64,000 bases of DNA from Psammoneis japonica (lineage: Eukaryota): the NCBI GenBank assembly GCA_008632985.1, contig QPGO01000003.1, positions 434,001 to 498,000 on the forward strand. The letters are read 5' to 3'. The notes below the pieces were generated by a model. It was not told the origin of the DNA. It did no database searches and saw only the letters and a list, made by a program, of their open reading frames with translations. This document shows, one piece after another, positions 63,301 to 64,000 of this stretch (positions within the stretch are counted from its first letter, which is position 1; the number at the start of each line of letters is the position of its first letter). Position numbers and translations under genes: made by a program.

Positions 63301-64000
63301 CTGAAGTGGCACCCACATTTGGAGCGGGGTCACCAGAGTCAGCAGGAGTCGTGTTGGACAAGTTGACATCACCGTCACTCCCAAGGTGTTGATCGTGAAG
63401 GTTGGCTGCAACAGACTCATGGCAGTTGCTGGCTCGCGGGTTGTGGGGAGGCAGACGAGAATGCTCAAGGATGATCGCCTTGGAGGAATGGGGCAACGAA
63501 TCCCAGATCCGTTGGTGGTCGGGAGGGAGACGTTTCCATTGGTCACCGGTGAGGCTGGGACCGCGGGTGCAGGCAGCATTGGCCTGAAGGATGTCAATGT
63601 CGCTGTCAATGTCGCAGAACACATCGTCGGATGGTTCCTTGGAGCAGACGTCGTGTGCGCACATGGCGCGTCGGGGAGCTCGAGGTGTCGTCTTGGGTTG
63701 AAACGTGCTGTCGCATTGAGCTGCCGCGGAGAGGAGCAAGCCACAGCATTGATCGCATGTGAGGCTCTTGCCACTCTGCGTACGATGCTGATCAGCTTGG
63801 TTCTTGACAGCACGGAGTTCCTCAACAGGGTGTGCGGCATTCTCGAGCATGACGCGCTTCTGTCCTTCAGAGAAGTGGTCACTGGCCGGGATGAGTGCCT
63901 CGTGCTTGCGCAACTGATCTTGCCAATGAAGGATGAACCCGTGGGTCGGACCTTTCCAAGTGCCATCACCAAGACGTGCGGTGGTGGGGTGCGTTGGCAA
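60175..64000 (-). mobile_element. CoDi-type Ty1/copia gag-pol (gag, protease, integrase, chromo-like module, truncated RT); hypermutated; 5' part runs off the right edge
   Basis: ALVDRGANGG (protease), VATDTV...KLISDRAQVE...QNFAERR (integrase DDE), KGSSYNIMLEWESGEITSEPL, and KKIRVH..DVKHDG.HKARL...KAL.GLRSSG (RT). RT is cut off after EGFFPCRAE. Confidence 0.95.

Noticed and set aside
60137..63972. Long alternative-frame and antisense ORFs over the CoDi element (for example 61876-63054, 63061-63972, 61178-61840)
   Set aside because: Shadow ORFs of a GC-rich, TA-depleted coding sequence with no recognisable motifs.
60158..64000. Alternative genetic code or Tyr recoding as the cause of Tyr->Cys/His
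   Set aside because: Leu->Pro and Val->Ala changes and non-coding TA loss show a nucleotide-level effect, and neighbouring host genes use Tyr normally.

Overview
Eukaryotic genomic window, almost certainly from a diatom: compact genes with short GT-AG introns, a CoDi-type Ty1/copia element and RXL propeptide motifs. Host genes: a large VPS13 with PDZ and C2 inserts, a TrmY-like SPOUT protein, a secreted bacterial-type protein (three CBM96/DNRLRE-like modules plus a pectate-lyase-like domain) with a 6-nt microexon, exportin-5, an NAD-dependent epimerase, a PH-domain PI4KIII-beta, an RlmM-like methyltransferase, a GST, and two paralogous secreted GACC-repeat proteins on a segmental duplication. 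Five transposon-derived blocks lie between them (about 15.8-17.6, 24.7-26.9, 45.8-50.6, 54.7-59.5 and 59.6-64 kb). The main signal is that these blocks have lost almost all TpA dinucleotides. In the recognisable copia polyprotein the loss is seen as systematic TA->TG or TA->CA changes (Tyr->Cys/His, Leu->Pro, Val->Ala) on both strands. This points to a transposon-targeted A:T->G:C hypermutation process running opposite to fungal RIP and sparing duplicated host genes. All counts and alignments were done by eye, and family consensus motifs are recalled rather than searched.
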